Origin: Octopus bimaculoides
Lineage: Eukaryota
Length of the DNA: 34,554 nucleotides
Assembly: GCF_001194135.2 (NCBI RefSeq)
Contig: NC_068984.1
Span: 62,367,485-62,402,038 of the forward strand
Direction of reading: 5' to 3'
Made by a program: the position numbers and the translations under genes. Shown in pieces: positions 21,740 through 34,554 of the stretch. The stretch's first letter is position 1. Every line of letters starts with the position of its first letter. The notes under the pieces were generated by a model. It saw only the letters and a program-made list of their open reading frames with translations, was not told the DNA's origin and made no database searches.

Positions 21740-23075
21740 ATTTTCTTTGTAATTTTGCAAAGGTAAGGGCTATATTTCTTATATTCGCTGCCTCAAGTGT
21801 GCGTGTTTATTTATAATGAGAAATTTGTGGCTTTGGAGTGTTGACCCACTTTCTAGCAAAGCTGGTACATTTGGTACCCTAACTTTTATCTATATCTTAC
21901 CTGTTTTGGTTAAGCTTGCTGACCGCTTTATTATTATTATTTGAAACAATAATGCTATCTTATTTAGATATTTATAGAAATGTTAAATCAGTTCAAATAT
22001 GCTTGGTACATGCTTGACGTATAAAGAGAAACATACAAAGCAGTTTGCCAAGGAGAAAATTTCCTACTTCAGGCCAGAATACATTATATTAGTGAAACTC
22101 AAAGCAATGGTGTAAAATTAACAAATGTTTGATCAGTTCCAAATATGTTTGAGATATATTTGAGACATATGTTTTTGTTTAACAGGCATTTTCTCTGTAG
22201 TTTCTGAAGGAGAGAACTTCCCTCTTTAGGTGAAAGGAGGCAAAACCACTGAAATACCAAAATGAATTGAAAGGTCTTTTGCCATTGCATGTAGGTTGAG
22301 CAGTATTTTGTGTAAAAAGCTTTGCTTTATTTTTGCCTGTTAATATTTGTTAGATGTTTGAAGATAACATATTTTCCATGAATAACTTTATGGCATTTGA
22401 TTTATGTGGAACATTTTGTGTAGGAGGTTAAAGAATATTTTTGCAACAGAAGTATCTACTTTTAGGTTGAATAGAGGGTTCAGTCCCCTCTAAATTACAT
22501 AGAGTAATAAACAAACAAATATCTTCAGTTATAACCCATGAAAGTTCTGTCCTTCCATTAGTGTTGAAGCCATTTAAGATATACTATAATAAGCATAGGC
22601 ACAGAATAACAGATAATTTAATACAATATAACCATTCTATCTAATAAATGAATGAATATGAAATGTTATGTATCATAAATATAATCCTCAATATGCAACA
22701 ACAAGGCAATGTTCACAAGTCATTATTTTCCAAAATCAGTCGACATCTAAAAACAACATAAAAAATTTGAAGGAAAATTATTCAAATTTAGCATCAGAAG
22801 GCCAGTTATAAAACATTTTAGAAATATTTGAATCCTGGACACTTTTGTAAGTTTAAATAAATTAACATTTGTCTTTGAAGCTTACAACAGTGTTATATGA
22901 AAATATTCCTTGGGATGAAATTAATACAGCAGCAAAAGCTGGCACAACTATTTATCTGTCAACCCATCTATTTATCAACATATCTGTATGCACAAACTAC
23001 ACAATGAAACAGAAACAAATGCACAGGCATACATATTACATACATACATACATACATACAAACATATATATATCT

Positions 23076-23137
<62 letters not shown>

Positions 23138-23563
23138 NNNNNNNNNNNNNNNNNNNNNNNNNNNNNNNNNNNNNNNNNNNNNNNNNNNNNNNNNNNNNNN
23201 NNNNNNNNNNNNNNNNNNNNNNNNNNNNNNNNNNNNNNNNNNNNNNNNNNNNNNNNNNNNNNNNNNNNNNNNNNNNNNNNNNNNNNNNNNNNNNNNNNNN
23301 NNNNNNNNNNNNNNNNNNNNNNNNNNNNNNNNNNNNNNNNNNNNNNNNNNNNNNNNNNNNNNNNNNNNNNNNNNNNNNNNNNNNNNNNNNNNNNNNNNNN
23401 NNNNNNTATATATATATTTTATTATATTATATATATATATATATATATATACATGTACGTACGCAGATATATATATGTATGTATAAGCATATGTATAAGT
23501 AAGTGTATGTACATGCAGCAGAATCCAGCCTTTTTGCTTGTTCTTCAAATTGAAACATATGTA

Positions 23564-23617
<54 letters not shown>

Positions 23618-25344
23618 TATGCATACATACACACATACACACACACACAACATATATATATATGCATGCATATATGTATAAACTGGTATGTATATTTATA
23701 TCAATATGCATATACACACACGATACATATTTGAACTTTAAAGGTGTGTTATTAAATACCTGTTTTTCAACACTGCCTAAACTATCTGAACACCAGGTAT
23801 TCATGGTATATGCATGGTTACTAATACCAAAGACTGATTTATTGAAAGAAAGAAGGCCACTGAAGCAAAATCATAACATTCTGCACAATATGTTTATGAG
23901 AATTTAATCAAATGATGTACTATAGTTTTAAAAGCTTGAATAACACAGGCAAAATCCTTTCAATTAAAAAAGGCTAACATTCTGGGAAACAGTCTTGTTT
24001 GTTTGCTGGGCATACAATAGTGGAATTTATTACTTATTTTTTATTTGTTCCACTCATTGGATTTGCATTCCTTGAAGACATGAAATGTCAAAGTCTCTTG
24101 AGTGTCTTAATACTTTCCAGTGTTATCTGAATTGATATGCATACTTTTACCAGTGTGTTTTATGGGATTTTGGGACTCATTTCTTCCTCTACAACTTTTG
24201 CTTATCGTTTTTGAAAATTGGACAATGGAGTACTAAATAAAAAGAAAAAATGAATATGAATTTATCTGATAAATTTATTACTTGAACATTTAAGTCCTTT
24301 TAACAATTATTCTTTAATTTGTAGGTTATATATTAAAAAATAAATTCTTGGACTTGTACCCCAACAAAAGCTGACAACAGATCTAATGCAGAAAATCTTT
24401 CGATTTCAGATGTTTATAAACTTATTCAAACACTTAAGTCTGGAGTATAGGATACTATTCAAGCATCAACCAGATATGCTATAGAATGAATATAAATGAG
24501 GCCATTCACATGGCTTTAATTTTGAAACAATTTCTCTTTAAAGATATTCCAAGTTTTCAAACTTGCTGTGATATCATAACTAAAATACCTATTTATGGGC
24601 CATTCTGCTGAAACTTAAACCAAAGCAGGTTTTCTAAAATTATTAGAATGGTCCAGAAAACCACTATTTACCTGTAAAAGTATGTTGAAATGGTCCATTT
24701 TTGACCAGGTATCAATATTGGAACAATTTATTCAAGACCTACACTATTCAGAAGATACAGAAAATATTGGTCTTGAAAATGTTACATACACATTTGTCAT
24801 GTTCGTTGTACCAGGTAAATGAGACCTGTGACCATAGACATTGCTCTCCACCAAACTCAATAGCATTTTTTTAAATTTCAAGGTCAATGTAAATGAATAC
24901 TATGAAGCTTTTTATGCCACTCCAGGGAAATGCAGAGGAATTAATAATTAACAGAAGCTCAGTAGAATTAACATGAAGAAAGTTAATTTGTGCAATGTTA
25001 TGCATGTCACACTTTTGGGGTCCTGGTCAAAAAGTTCATCATACATTCCAGGTAATTTTTATTTTTAATACTTTACTGTGAAAAATAAATCAATACAATT
25101 CTTGTAGACATTCAAGATTTACAGCTTAGATATTTCATAGTTTGTGTCTCTGCCTATCATGTACATCAAGTGAATATAGTCTGTTTATATTTTACAAATG
25201 TTGTTGTTAACATATCTTTTTTGAAAAACAGCAGCCAGTGATAGCAATGCACAGATTCTATCACATTCCAAGATTAGAAGGCATGTCCCTTCATTATCAG
25301 TGTGTTGGCTTTCTGAGATTATTATTGTTGTTGCTGAGAATATT

Positions 25345-25560
25345 ATCAAACTGGCAGAATCAGTTGCCCGGTAGGCAAAATGTTTAGTGGCATTTTGACT
25401 ATTTTTATGCTCTGAGTTCAAATTCTGTCGAGGTCGACTTTGTCTTTAATCCATTTGAAGTTGATAAAATAAGTACTAGTTGGACACGGGTCAATGTAAT
25501 CAATTTAGCCCATTCCCTAAAATTGCTGGCCTCGTTCCAAAATTTGAAACCAGTATTATC
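25345..25560 (+). mobile_element. SINE-like repeat (family also at 7805-8000 and 28240-28450)
   Basis: CTGGCAGAATC...CTGAGTTCAAATTCTGTCGAGGTCGACTTTGTCTTTAATCC...GATAAAATAAGTACTAGTT, with a B-box-like GAGTTCAAATTC. Confidence 0.8.
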
Positions 25561-26029
25561 ATTACGGTTCTAGCAGGATATATACATGTCCTGTTACATG
25601 CTATATGTGAAGTATTTAATTTACAAAAGCAAGAAATTAGCAGATGTTTGTTTGCTTACATGTATATCAAAAATCAGTACGAGAATGAACCAATACTTGG
25701 TCAAGGAAGGAAAATGGTGCTTTAATATGTTGAGAAAGGTGTTCATGATGTTAACAATAAATTAGTTTAAGGAGACTCTACTAATTCCTGTCGAGGTATT
25801 TACATGGTTTTTCATTGTATTTTTCTGCTTCGGAATGTATGTATTGCATGAAATAAATTTGAAAAATGTATTTACTAAACACATGCAGTAATTTTAATAT
25901 CATTATATGGATATCTTGGTACTATACACAAACGTATTTAGAGAGGATTTATCCTTTTGATAAATGACTTAAAAGCTGTTGAATACATTTACTATCTGCT
26001 TTCTACACTGAACAGACAATATATGTTGC

Positions 26030-26190
26030 ATGTACCTGACTGACTGCCTACCTACTTACCTGCCAACTTATCTGCATGCCTACCTGTCTACCTACCTGCC
26101 TGCCTACCTACCTACCTACCTACCTACCTACCTACCTTCGTACCTACTTACCTACATACATACCTACCTACCTACATACATACATACATG
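26030..26190. repeat. Degenerate (CTAC)n/(ACAT)n tetranucleotide microsatellite
   Basis: Direct reading. Confidence 0.95.
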
Positions 26191-26510
26191 CTGGTGCCAC
26201 ATAGAATGAGCCCTGTACATTCTTTCAAGTGGTTGGCTTTAGGATGGGTTTCCAGTCATAGAAACCACACATAAACAGACAACTGCAGCCTTGTGCAGCT
26301 CTCTGGCTTGCCATGAAAGTGGTGTCATTCATTTCTAATATTCTGCTGGATCACATCTATCCATGAGGAAGTATTACCATGCTTAGAAGTATTTGATGAT
26401 TGGTGACATGACAGGCATCCAGCCATAAAAAAATCTGCCTGAAATAAACTCTGTCCAACCTATGAAACCATGGAAAAGTAGACATGAAATGATGATTAGA
26501 TGATGTGTGT
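26190..26510 (+). mobile_element. Two decayed remnants of (GAT)n-tailed SINE-like repeats
   Basis: TGGTTGGCTTTAGGATGGGTTTCCAGTCATAGAAACC and TTGGTGACATGACAGGCATCCAGCCATAAAA...GTCCAACCTATG...ATGGAAAAGTAGACATGAAATGATGA resemble the 26.9-kb element tail. Confidence 0.55.
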
Positions 26511-26577
26511 GTATGTGTGTGAGTAATATATCTTTTTTTGTACCTCCTTTCAGTTATTTGACTGTGACCATGCTTTG

Positions 26578-26768
26578 GCAGGAGAACCCAGTCATGGCTC
26601 TCAGACAATTTCTATGACCACATCACCCCTAACATCTGGCCACCCAACTCCTCAGACTGCAACTCCCTTGATTATTACATGTGGAGCTCAGTTGAGTGGG
26701 AGACCAACAAAACTTCTTGTAACACCAAAGACGAACTGAAGACAAAGATTATGGCAGCATTCACCAAC
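26578..26768 (+). mobile_element. Second DD37D Tc1/mariner transposase fragment (third catalytic D and C-terminus)
   Basis: RRTQSWLSDNFYDHITPNIWPPNSSDCNSLDYYMWSSVEWETNKTSCNTKDELKTKIMAAFTN. It overlaps the 1.6-kb copy in sequence. Confidence 0.9.
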
Positions 26769-26904
26769 GTGGTTGAAGTCAATGGTGTGTGTGTGTGTGT
26801 TTATGTATATGCATATATGTGTATATGTATGCACATATATATACATTTATATACACATATTCACACACATGCACAAATATACACACACACATATATATAT
26901 ATAC

Positions 26905-27115
26905 ATCAGTACCGCCTGACTGGCTTTCGTGCGGGTGACACGTAAAAGCATCCACTACACTCTCTGAGTGATTGGCGTTAGGAAGGGCATCCAGCTGTAG
27001 AAACTCTGCCAAATCAGATTGGAACCTGGTGTAGCCATCTGGTTTCACCAGTACTCAGTCAAATCGTCCAACCCATGCTAGCATGGAAAGCGGACGTTAA
27101 ACGAAGTTGATGATT
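26905..27115 (+). mobile_element. Copy of the (GAT)n-tailed SINE-like element
   Basis: Reverse complement of 12411-12590. Confidence 0.88.
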
Positions 27116-27329
27116 TATNNNNNNNNNNNNNNNNNNNNNNNNNNNNNNNNNNNNNNNNNNNNNNNNNNNNNNNNNNNNNNNNNNNNNNNNNNNNNNNNNN
27201 NNNNNNNNNNNNNNNNNNNNNNNNNNNNNNNNNNNNNNNNNNNNNNNNNNNNNNNNNNNNNNNNNNNNNNNNNNNNNNNNNNNNNNNNNNNGTATATATA
27301 TATACACACACACATATCTATGCATAAAG

Positions 27330-27383
<54 letters not shown>

Positions 27384-28239
27384 GTGTGTGTGTTGACAGT
27401 TGAAATATTCAAATTCAAAAATATAGTAGGTTCAATAGATAAGCAAGAGATGCTTGAATTGATTTCCATCAGTGGGTTTTTGTACTTCTTCGTCAATAAT
27501 TTTTTTGTTTAGCAATTTATGCACACCTGAATGTACGTATTAACCCATGAATATATAGTAATATATTTGCACACACACAAATATATAGAAGATACATGCA
27601 TGTACACACATATATACATACATACACACACATAAATATATGCACACATGTACATACATTGATATAATTATATATGCACATATGAAACCTTTTATACATC
27701 TGATTAAATAGAATCTGTCAATTAAAATCATTTTTGTTTTGTTTAGCCAAGAAGAATGAAACAGCCTTGCTTTTTGTTTCGTTCCTCATGTCACCTCTTC
27801 AAATGAATCCAAGATAATACTACTTTTCAGAGTATTCCTGACAATTATTATGTAGCAAAGATTACATGTAACAAAGTGGCAAATGTAGCAAAAAAATTAC
27901 ATGTAACAAAATGGCAAATACATGCAAAATTTCTTGTTTTGAAAGCATGCAATTGAAATCCCAATGTAAAAATTTATTCATGAAGTTGTTATTGAATATT
28001 TTTAATATAGGAGAAAGCTTCTAAATAATAGGTATATGTTAAATGTTTTTGCATAGAAGTGTACCTAATTAGAGATTTCAAATACATTATTGTTCTGAAG
28101 AGAACTGAATACTGCAATAGAGATGCAATCTCCTATTGTATATTGACATATTTCTGTACAATAAGAAAGCATGTAGACGATGTTTTGCAGCATCAACAAA
28201 TATAATTCTCTTTTATTCCATTACTTCAAGTGATTGTTG

Positions 28240-28450
28240 GTATTAGATGGCTGAATCATTACCATGTCACACAAAACTGCTTAGCAGAATTTCTTCTGGC
28301 TTTACATCCTGAGTACAAATTCCATGAAGGTCAACTTTGCCTTACAACATTTTGAGGTTGATTAAGCAACTGTCAAACACTGTGATCAATATAATTGACT
28401 ATCCCATACCCACAATATTTTAGGCCTTGTGTATATAGTAGAAAGGATTA
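28240..28450 (+). mobile_element. Decayed copy of the 25345-25560 SINE family
   Basis: TGCTTAGCAGAATTTC...CCTGAGTACAAATTCC...GGTCAACTTTGCCTT...GGCCTTGTG. Confidence 0.6.
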
Positions 28451-28976
28451 TCTCCTCCTTGATTTAGGGTCACACATCTTTAATTTTGTTTACATGCAAA
28501 ACCCTCACAACCACACATGCTCACACACATACACCCACACTCTTTGTCTTGTCCTGTATTGTCCATAATGTTTTTCTTAATGTAAACCTTTGTGGTTAAT
28601 AAAGAAATAATAATTATTATTATTGAGTGAGAGAGCAGTGCATACTATCAATGTGACAGTGGGGTAAATATTATTATCATTATTGTCATCATTATTATTA
28701 TTGTTATCATCATTATTATTGTTGTTGTTATTACTTTTTGTCACAGGTTTTGCTGGAACTCCTGGAGTAATGCATGCATAGTGATGCGTATATTGTTAGC
28801 CACTAGGGGACATGCTCAACTTTTTAAGGTCAAACAACTGGCAAGCAAATCTGTGGTATTGAGCAGAATATTTGCTGTAGCCCATCTTTTTATACTAAGC
28901 CAAGACATACATGATAACACTTCCAAGCAGTTAAGATCAGAAACCATGAGAGCTGCAGCCTGATACTGCATCAGAT

Positions 28977-29012
28977 CGTCATCATCATCATCATTAGTAG
29001 TAGTAGTAGTAA

Positions 29013-29054
<42 letters not shown>

Positions 29055-29112
29055 TGGTGGTGGTGGTGGTGGTGGTGGTGGTAATGGTGGTGGCTGCAGC
29101 AGCAGCAGCAGT
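28977..29112. repeat. Compound trinucleotide microsatellite (TCA)n(TAG)n(TGG)n(CAG)n
   Basis: Direct reading. Confidence 0.97.
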
Positions 29113-30167
29113 TATTCTTGTTTGTCTTCTTGTTGCTATCTCTACAAGTTTACTAATATCATGAACAAAGCCAATACATCACTTCAAGAAATCTGAGAGA
29201 ATCCTTTCTCCTGAATATCTTGTATTTTACATTTTGATGGAACCTTCCTAGAAGCTTTGCTTCTCTTGTAACTCTGATGTGAGACCACTCAATTAAACTG
29301 CTCTCTAAAACAATAGTTACCAGAGATTTCAAAGCTCAAAAATTCCTTGGGTTTTTCACTATAATCACATTAATTATGTTAGTATGAAAGGTCAGTTATG
29401 TGCCATGTCTTGTTTTAAAACAATCATTTGATTGTCTCTAAATATCTGACCACCTTATTTTTAGCTATATAATTTTTCTTATTCAAACAAGCCATATCTA
29501 TATAGATTTGCTCAATTGGCAAGAAATAGCATCTATATTTCACTCAAATTATACTCTATCATCTTAAAATAAGATGAAGCTGCCACACATATTGGACAAC
29601 AGAATGTGTTAAGATGAGTAAAAAATATGAAACAAATCAGGTGTAGTACCCTTTGATGAGAGGTTTGCTCAACCAACCGAAACGTCAACAACAGCCATTA
29701 TGTTTGCGAATATAATCATCTTCGTATCTCCACTTTGAACATCATTCAAACACCAAGTACCACATTTTTTCATCAACAAATTTGTTAACTGACCCATCAA
29801 GAACTTGAAGACTGTGAACAGCAATACCTTTATTCTATCACTGATGACAGAGATAGTTACCTGTTTGATTATGGCTATACTCCAATTTGTAAAACTCCTA
29901 TGCTGCACACAACAAAACTCAACAAAATAACAAAGTAATTAGCAAAGATTGGCCAGTAGCCATTGAAACACAATCACCATGTGCAATGCTTAGACAGTCA
30001 CCAAGAGCTATAATTATCAAGCAGACCCTAAGGGAAGCAGCTATCAAGAAAAATAGATTGTTTTGTGCTTTACAACAAGTGTGTTGGGAATATGTTTTGA
30101 ATACTAAAAAAGGAAAATAACAGCAAAATGACCAATTTAGATATTTTCCAAGCCACTAGATACAATA

Positions 30168-30383
30168 TGGAGGGGTGCTGAAAAGTTCCTGGCTTTGATT
30201 AAAAGGAAATACTGGAGAATCAGTTAATTATCATTTTATTCAACATATTCCCTCTCAGGTGCACACATTTATTGCAGCTGTCGTTCAGTTTTTCTAAGCC
30301 TTGTAAAAGAACTTGCAAGGTTAGACCTCCAACCAGGTTGATTAAGATACCCTTAAAGCCAAGAACTTTTCAGCATCCTCTCG
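30168..30383. mobile_element. Mariner-derived MITE with ~29-bp TIRs and TA target-site duplication
   Basis: TA|TGGAGGGGTGCTGAAAAGTTCCTGGCTTT ... AAAGCCAAGAACTTTTCAGCATCCTCTCG|TA. Confidence 0.88.
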
Positions 30384-31308
30384 TAGAAGCAGTTTCCTAT
30401 CTCAATTGAATTTTGTGAGCTTTCTTATTTCTTAGGTATTTAATGTAAATAGCCAATTATGCATAGCACCGGTCTATACTATACTATATGCACAAAAGAC
30501 TATAACACTCACATATTAAATACTCTGTCAATACATACATGCTCTATGATGTTTCTCAACTGTAAAGAGTTAAAAACAGCTTCCTCTTCTACTGCCTTGA
30601 ATTACATTCATATTTTAATAACGATTTGTAAGGTTTCAATAGAACCAGTTTTCCTATAGATCTTTGGTTGTAAACAATAACCTTTTGCTTTAAAAATAAA
30701 CAATGGAAACCAAATGGATGTCCTTGAAATTAGGAACTATTTTGACTTTATCAAATAGAAGAATTTTCAAGTAAAGCTGCTTCACTTTGGGGCACACAAA
30801 ACCGTATTAAATTTATTTGGATACATCACAGTTGGTCAATTCATAAAAGCTGTAGTTGGTAGTACTTCAAACATTTCGATATCAGTTAGATTATACATCT
30901 TTTCACTGTAATCATTCTCTTTTTCTCTTATCAACCAAATTGTATTTTCACTGTCAACTTTCCTATTAAGATGACATAATATAACACTTTCCCACTCCCT
31001 CCTACATAAGACTGTATTCACATGCAATCTAAATGACTTTTGGCAGATAGGCACAAACTCCATTAACAGAGAAAAGACAAATTAGTCTAAAACAGCTGCA
31101 GCTAAAATCAAATACAACACCCTTCAATAAAATATCTTACGCTGTTATATGATAGCCTATAATTTGTTGTTTAACCTGCTAGAAATTGCAACAAGATCTT
31201 CTTCAAATCATACCCAGCTCTCATGAAAACAGATATCAGTGTAACATTTAGTTCTATGAGCATAAGTGTGTATGTATAAAAATATGTGTGTGTATGTGTG
31301 TATGTATG

Positions 31309-31339
<31 letters not shown>

Positions 31340-31350
31340 GTATATATATG

Positions 31351-31389
<39 letters not shown>

Positions 31390-31658
31390 NNNNNNNNNNN
31401 NNNNNNNNNNNNNNNNNNNNNNNNNNNNNNNNNNNNNNNNNNNNNNNNNNNNNNNNNNNNNNNNNNNNNNNNNNNNNNNNNNNNNNNNNNNNNNNNNNNN
31501 NNNNNNNNNNNNNNNNNNNNNNNNNNNNNNNNNNNNNNNNNNNNNNNNNNNNNNNNNNNNNNNNNNNNNNNNNNNNNNNNNNNNNNNNNNNNNNNNNNNN
31601 NNNNNNNNNNNNNNNNNNNNNNNNNNNNNNNNNNNNNNNNNNNNNNNNNNTATATATA

Positions 31659-31692
<34 letters not shown>

Positions 31693-32934
31693 AATATATG
31701 TATCTATATATATGCGATAATAAATCTCTGAACGAGGTATAAATATATCTATCTATAAATATATATACATATTATACACACACACACATATGTGTATATA
31801 TATATATATATACAAATATATATATATAAAAGATAAGTAGAGTTAGTGTTTGGAATCACTGTCTAAGGGATAAGATTATCCGTTTTTACTACTGGTATCA
31901 TTTACCTATGCAATCTCTTGGCATGGGTATGCAAGTGCACTATGCTCATAGGGTACAGGTAATAACTGAATAAACAAAAGATTATCAGGAATCAAATTTA
32001 AATAAGAGAAAACTTTTGATCAACAAACAAACAAATTGACGAAGATCGGTTAATTATTTTTTAATACAAAACATAATATAACATTACATGTATGCAATGT
32101 TATGTTATGTTTTTTTTATTAAAAAATAATTAATCGATGTTGGTCTGTCTGTTTGTTGATCAAATGTTTTTTTCCCATTTTCTGCTTACACATACATATA
32201 TATANNNNNNNNNNNNNNNNNNNNNNNNNNNNNNNNNNNNNNNNNNNNNNNNNNNNNNNNNNNNNNNNNNNNNNNNNNNNNNNNNNNNNNNNNNNNNNNN
32301 NNNNNNNNNNNNNNNNNNNNNNNNNNNNNNNNNNNNNNNNNNNNNNNNNNNNNNNNNNNNNNNNNNNNNNNNNNNNNNNNNNNNNNNNNNNNNNNNNNNN
32401 NNNNNNNNNNNNNNNNNNNNNNNNNNNNNNNNNNNNNNNNNNNNNNNNNNNNNNNNNNNNNNNNNNNNNNNNNNNNNNNNNNNNNNNNNNNNNNNNNNNN
32501 NNNNNNNNNNNNNNNNNNNNNNNNNNNNNNNNNNNNNNNNNNNNNNNNNNNNNNNNNNNNNNNNNNNNNNNNNNNNNNNNNNNNNNNNNNNNNNNNNNNN
32601 NNNNNNNNNNNNNNNNNNNNNNNNNNNNNNNNNNNNNNNNNNNNNNNNNNNNNNNNNNNNNNNNNNNNNNNNNNNNNNNNNNNNNNNNNNNNNNNNNNNN
32701 NNNNNNNNNNNNNNNNNNNNNNNNNNNNNNNNNNNNNNNNNNNNNNNNNNNNNNNNNNNNNNNNNNNNNNNNNNNNNNNNNNNNNNNNNNNNNNNNNNNN
32801 NNNNNNNNNNNNNNNNNNNNNNNNNTATATATGTGTATGTATATATATATATATATAATAGAAATATGTTACAAAAAGAAAATAGAAACTACACATAGAA
32901 ATGTAAGGGGAAAGTAAGAAGAAAAAAGCGAAAA

Positions 32935-34425
32935 TGCACATTGGAGATCAAAATCCTTGGCTATGTATTTTTCCAGAAATATAGCATCAGTAGTGCTTCT
33001 CCCTGGCACAAAACGAAATCACATCTCGTCTATGCTAACTTTTTCCCTAATTAGTTGAGTTATGACTCGCTCCATAACTTTCATCACCTGATCCAACAAA
33101 TTGAAATCTCTGTAATTATTTCTATCTAAATCATTGCCTTTATCTTTGTAGCAGTTGACTAACACTGCTACACCAGTAATTGAGAATGATTTCTTCACGA
33201 ACCACCCGATTTACAATACAGGTGACTAGACCATAACCCACACTGCCAGATATTTTAAGCATCTCAGGAGTGATTCCTGATGGGCAGGGACGTTTCCTTG
33301 TCTTCACACCCTTAATTGCTTTATCTACCAAGGTACTATTGATTTAAGTAGCTGGTCCCTCAAGTGAGTCAACATTTCGCAGACTCTCCTCCTCCCATTC
33401 ATTCTCCATGTTCAGCAGTCTTTCATAATGGCATTTCCAAGCCACTTTCTTTGCAGTCTCAGTAAATGCAAGCGCACCATCATCCATTTGAACACATTTC
33501 TCTCCTATGACATCACAATTTTCTCTCACACACTGTCTTGCAATATGAAACACTTCAGTTCTTTAGCCCTCGCATTGCTGAACATAGGCAAATTTCTTTT
33601 CTGCTTCTCCCTTGGCTAGATATACCAGTCTCCTAGCTTCCCTTCTGGATATCTTATTCAGTTCCATGCTACCCCCACTTTTCCAGTTTTTCCAGGCCCT
33701 TTTCTCTTCCAATTATTTCTTTTCCAGATTGTTCTGCTTCTTGGCATGGTTCTGGCCTGGAGTCTAAAATTGCTAATAACTAATCGATGCTGGGGGATAC
33801 ATTCTTCACCAGGGGGCAGCTTTGTATTTAAGAGCAACCATGCACCTCACTGCTTGGTAAGAATGTAATCGATCTAGCTAGTGTAGCCACTTGATTGGTA
33901 GGTTACCAGGTGGCTGGTCAACTTCCTGAAGTTGGTATTGCAGATCAACAGGTTATTTGCATCCTAGAACTCCAGTAGACTTGTTCCGTCTTCATTTTGG
34001 GAACCACTTCTATGAACCAATGTACACCATGGAAAATACCGGACTGCCATCCAACATGACCATTGAAGTCCTCAACCATGAAGATGAAATCCTTGTCATT
34101 CATCTTAGAGGTAACCTGCAGAAGAATATCATAAAAACAGTCCTTCTTTTCATTTGGCTGGCCCACTTGTGGGGCATAGACAGAGATAAATGACACTATG
34201 CTTTTCTGCAAGACTAGCTTAAGCTTAAGCACTCTATCACTCACTCTGACTACCTCTATGACCTTATCCACCCATTTCTCTGTAAGAAGTATGGCCAGAC
34301 CACATACCCCGTCATTATTACCTTCTCAGAAGATTTTATACCTATGTGCCTTGCTTGTGAGGAACTTGGCTGAAGCTCCTCTCCACCTTACCTCTTGGAT
34401 GCAACATACATCAACATACATCAAC
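32935..34425 (-). mobile_element. RTE-clade LINE fragment (APE through RT N-terminus), same family as 20255-21655
   Basis: DVCCIQEVRWRGASA..ISVYAPQ..EDFNGHVG..IDYIL..QHRLV..CPSGITPEMLKISG..NYR..LLDQVMKVMERV..PGRSTTDAIFL. Many stops and deletions. Confidence 0.92.
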
Positions 34426-34554
34426 ACCACTCAGAGAGTGTAGTGGGTGCTTTTACGTGTCACCCGCACGAAAACGGCCACGCTCGAAATGGTGTCTTTT
34501 ATGTGCCACCCGCACAAGCCAGTCCAGGGGCACTGGCAACGATCTCACTCGAAA
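34426..34554 (-). mobile_element. Third copy of the (GAT)n-tailed SINE-like element (partial), abutting the RTE
   Basis: Near-identical to 12543-12670. Confidence 0.88.

Noticed and set aside
29648-29690. Hammerhead-like TTGATGA-stem-GAAACGTC on the plus strand
   Set aside because: There is no stem I (CCCT versus AACA), and U3 faces G8 without covariation. The region more plausibly reads as a decayed mariner N-terminus on the minus strand.
30836-31063. 75-aa minus-strand ORF in non-repeat-looking sequence
   Set aside because: No recognisable domain or splice framework, and the length is compatible with chance.

Overview
AT-rich, gap-ridden animal genomic DNA, dense in (TA)n, (CA)n, (GATA)n and trinucleotide microsatellites and in decayed transposons. 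The repeat repertoire looks like a coleoid cephalopod, most likely Octopus (inference from pattern recognition, not a database result). No host protein-coding gene could be supported, so the window reads as intronic or intergenic. Recognisable elements: a 5'-truncated non-LTR retrotransposon with RT C-terminus, zinc knuckle and restriction-like endonuclease (HERO/R2-superfamily type, 8.2-10.15 kb, minus); two RTE-clade LINE fragments of one family in opposite orientation (20.3-21.65 kb plus, 32.9-34.4 kb minus); an L1/Tx1 C-terminal fragment; two DD37D (maT) Tc1/mariner transposase fragments; a mariner MITE; and at least four SINE-like families. The most notable signals are three minimal type-I hammerhead ribozyme motifs of the Penelope-associated kind, all on the minus strand. 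Two (976-1010, 13967-14012) carry the compensatory U3-A8 core and lie in short modules next to (TA)n tracts. One (6429-6476) is the tail of a tRNA-headed SINE-like element. There are also several fold-back structures: a perfect 24-bp template-switch palindrome inside the RLE element ORF, a 31-bp hairpin at an RTE break point, and a ~585-bp fold-back built from CA/GT-rich sequence. All structures were read by eye; none was computed.
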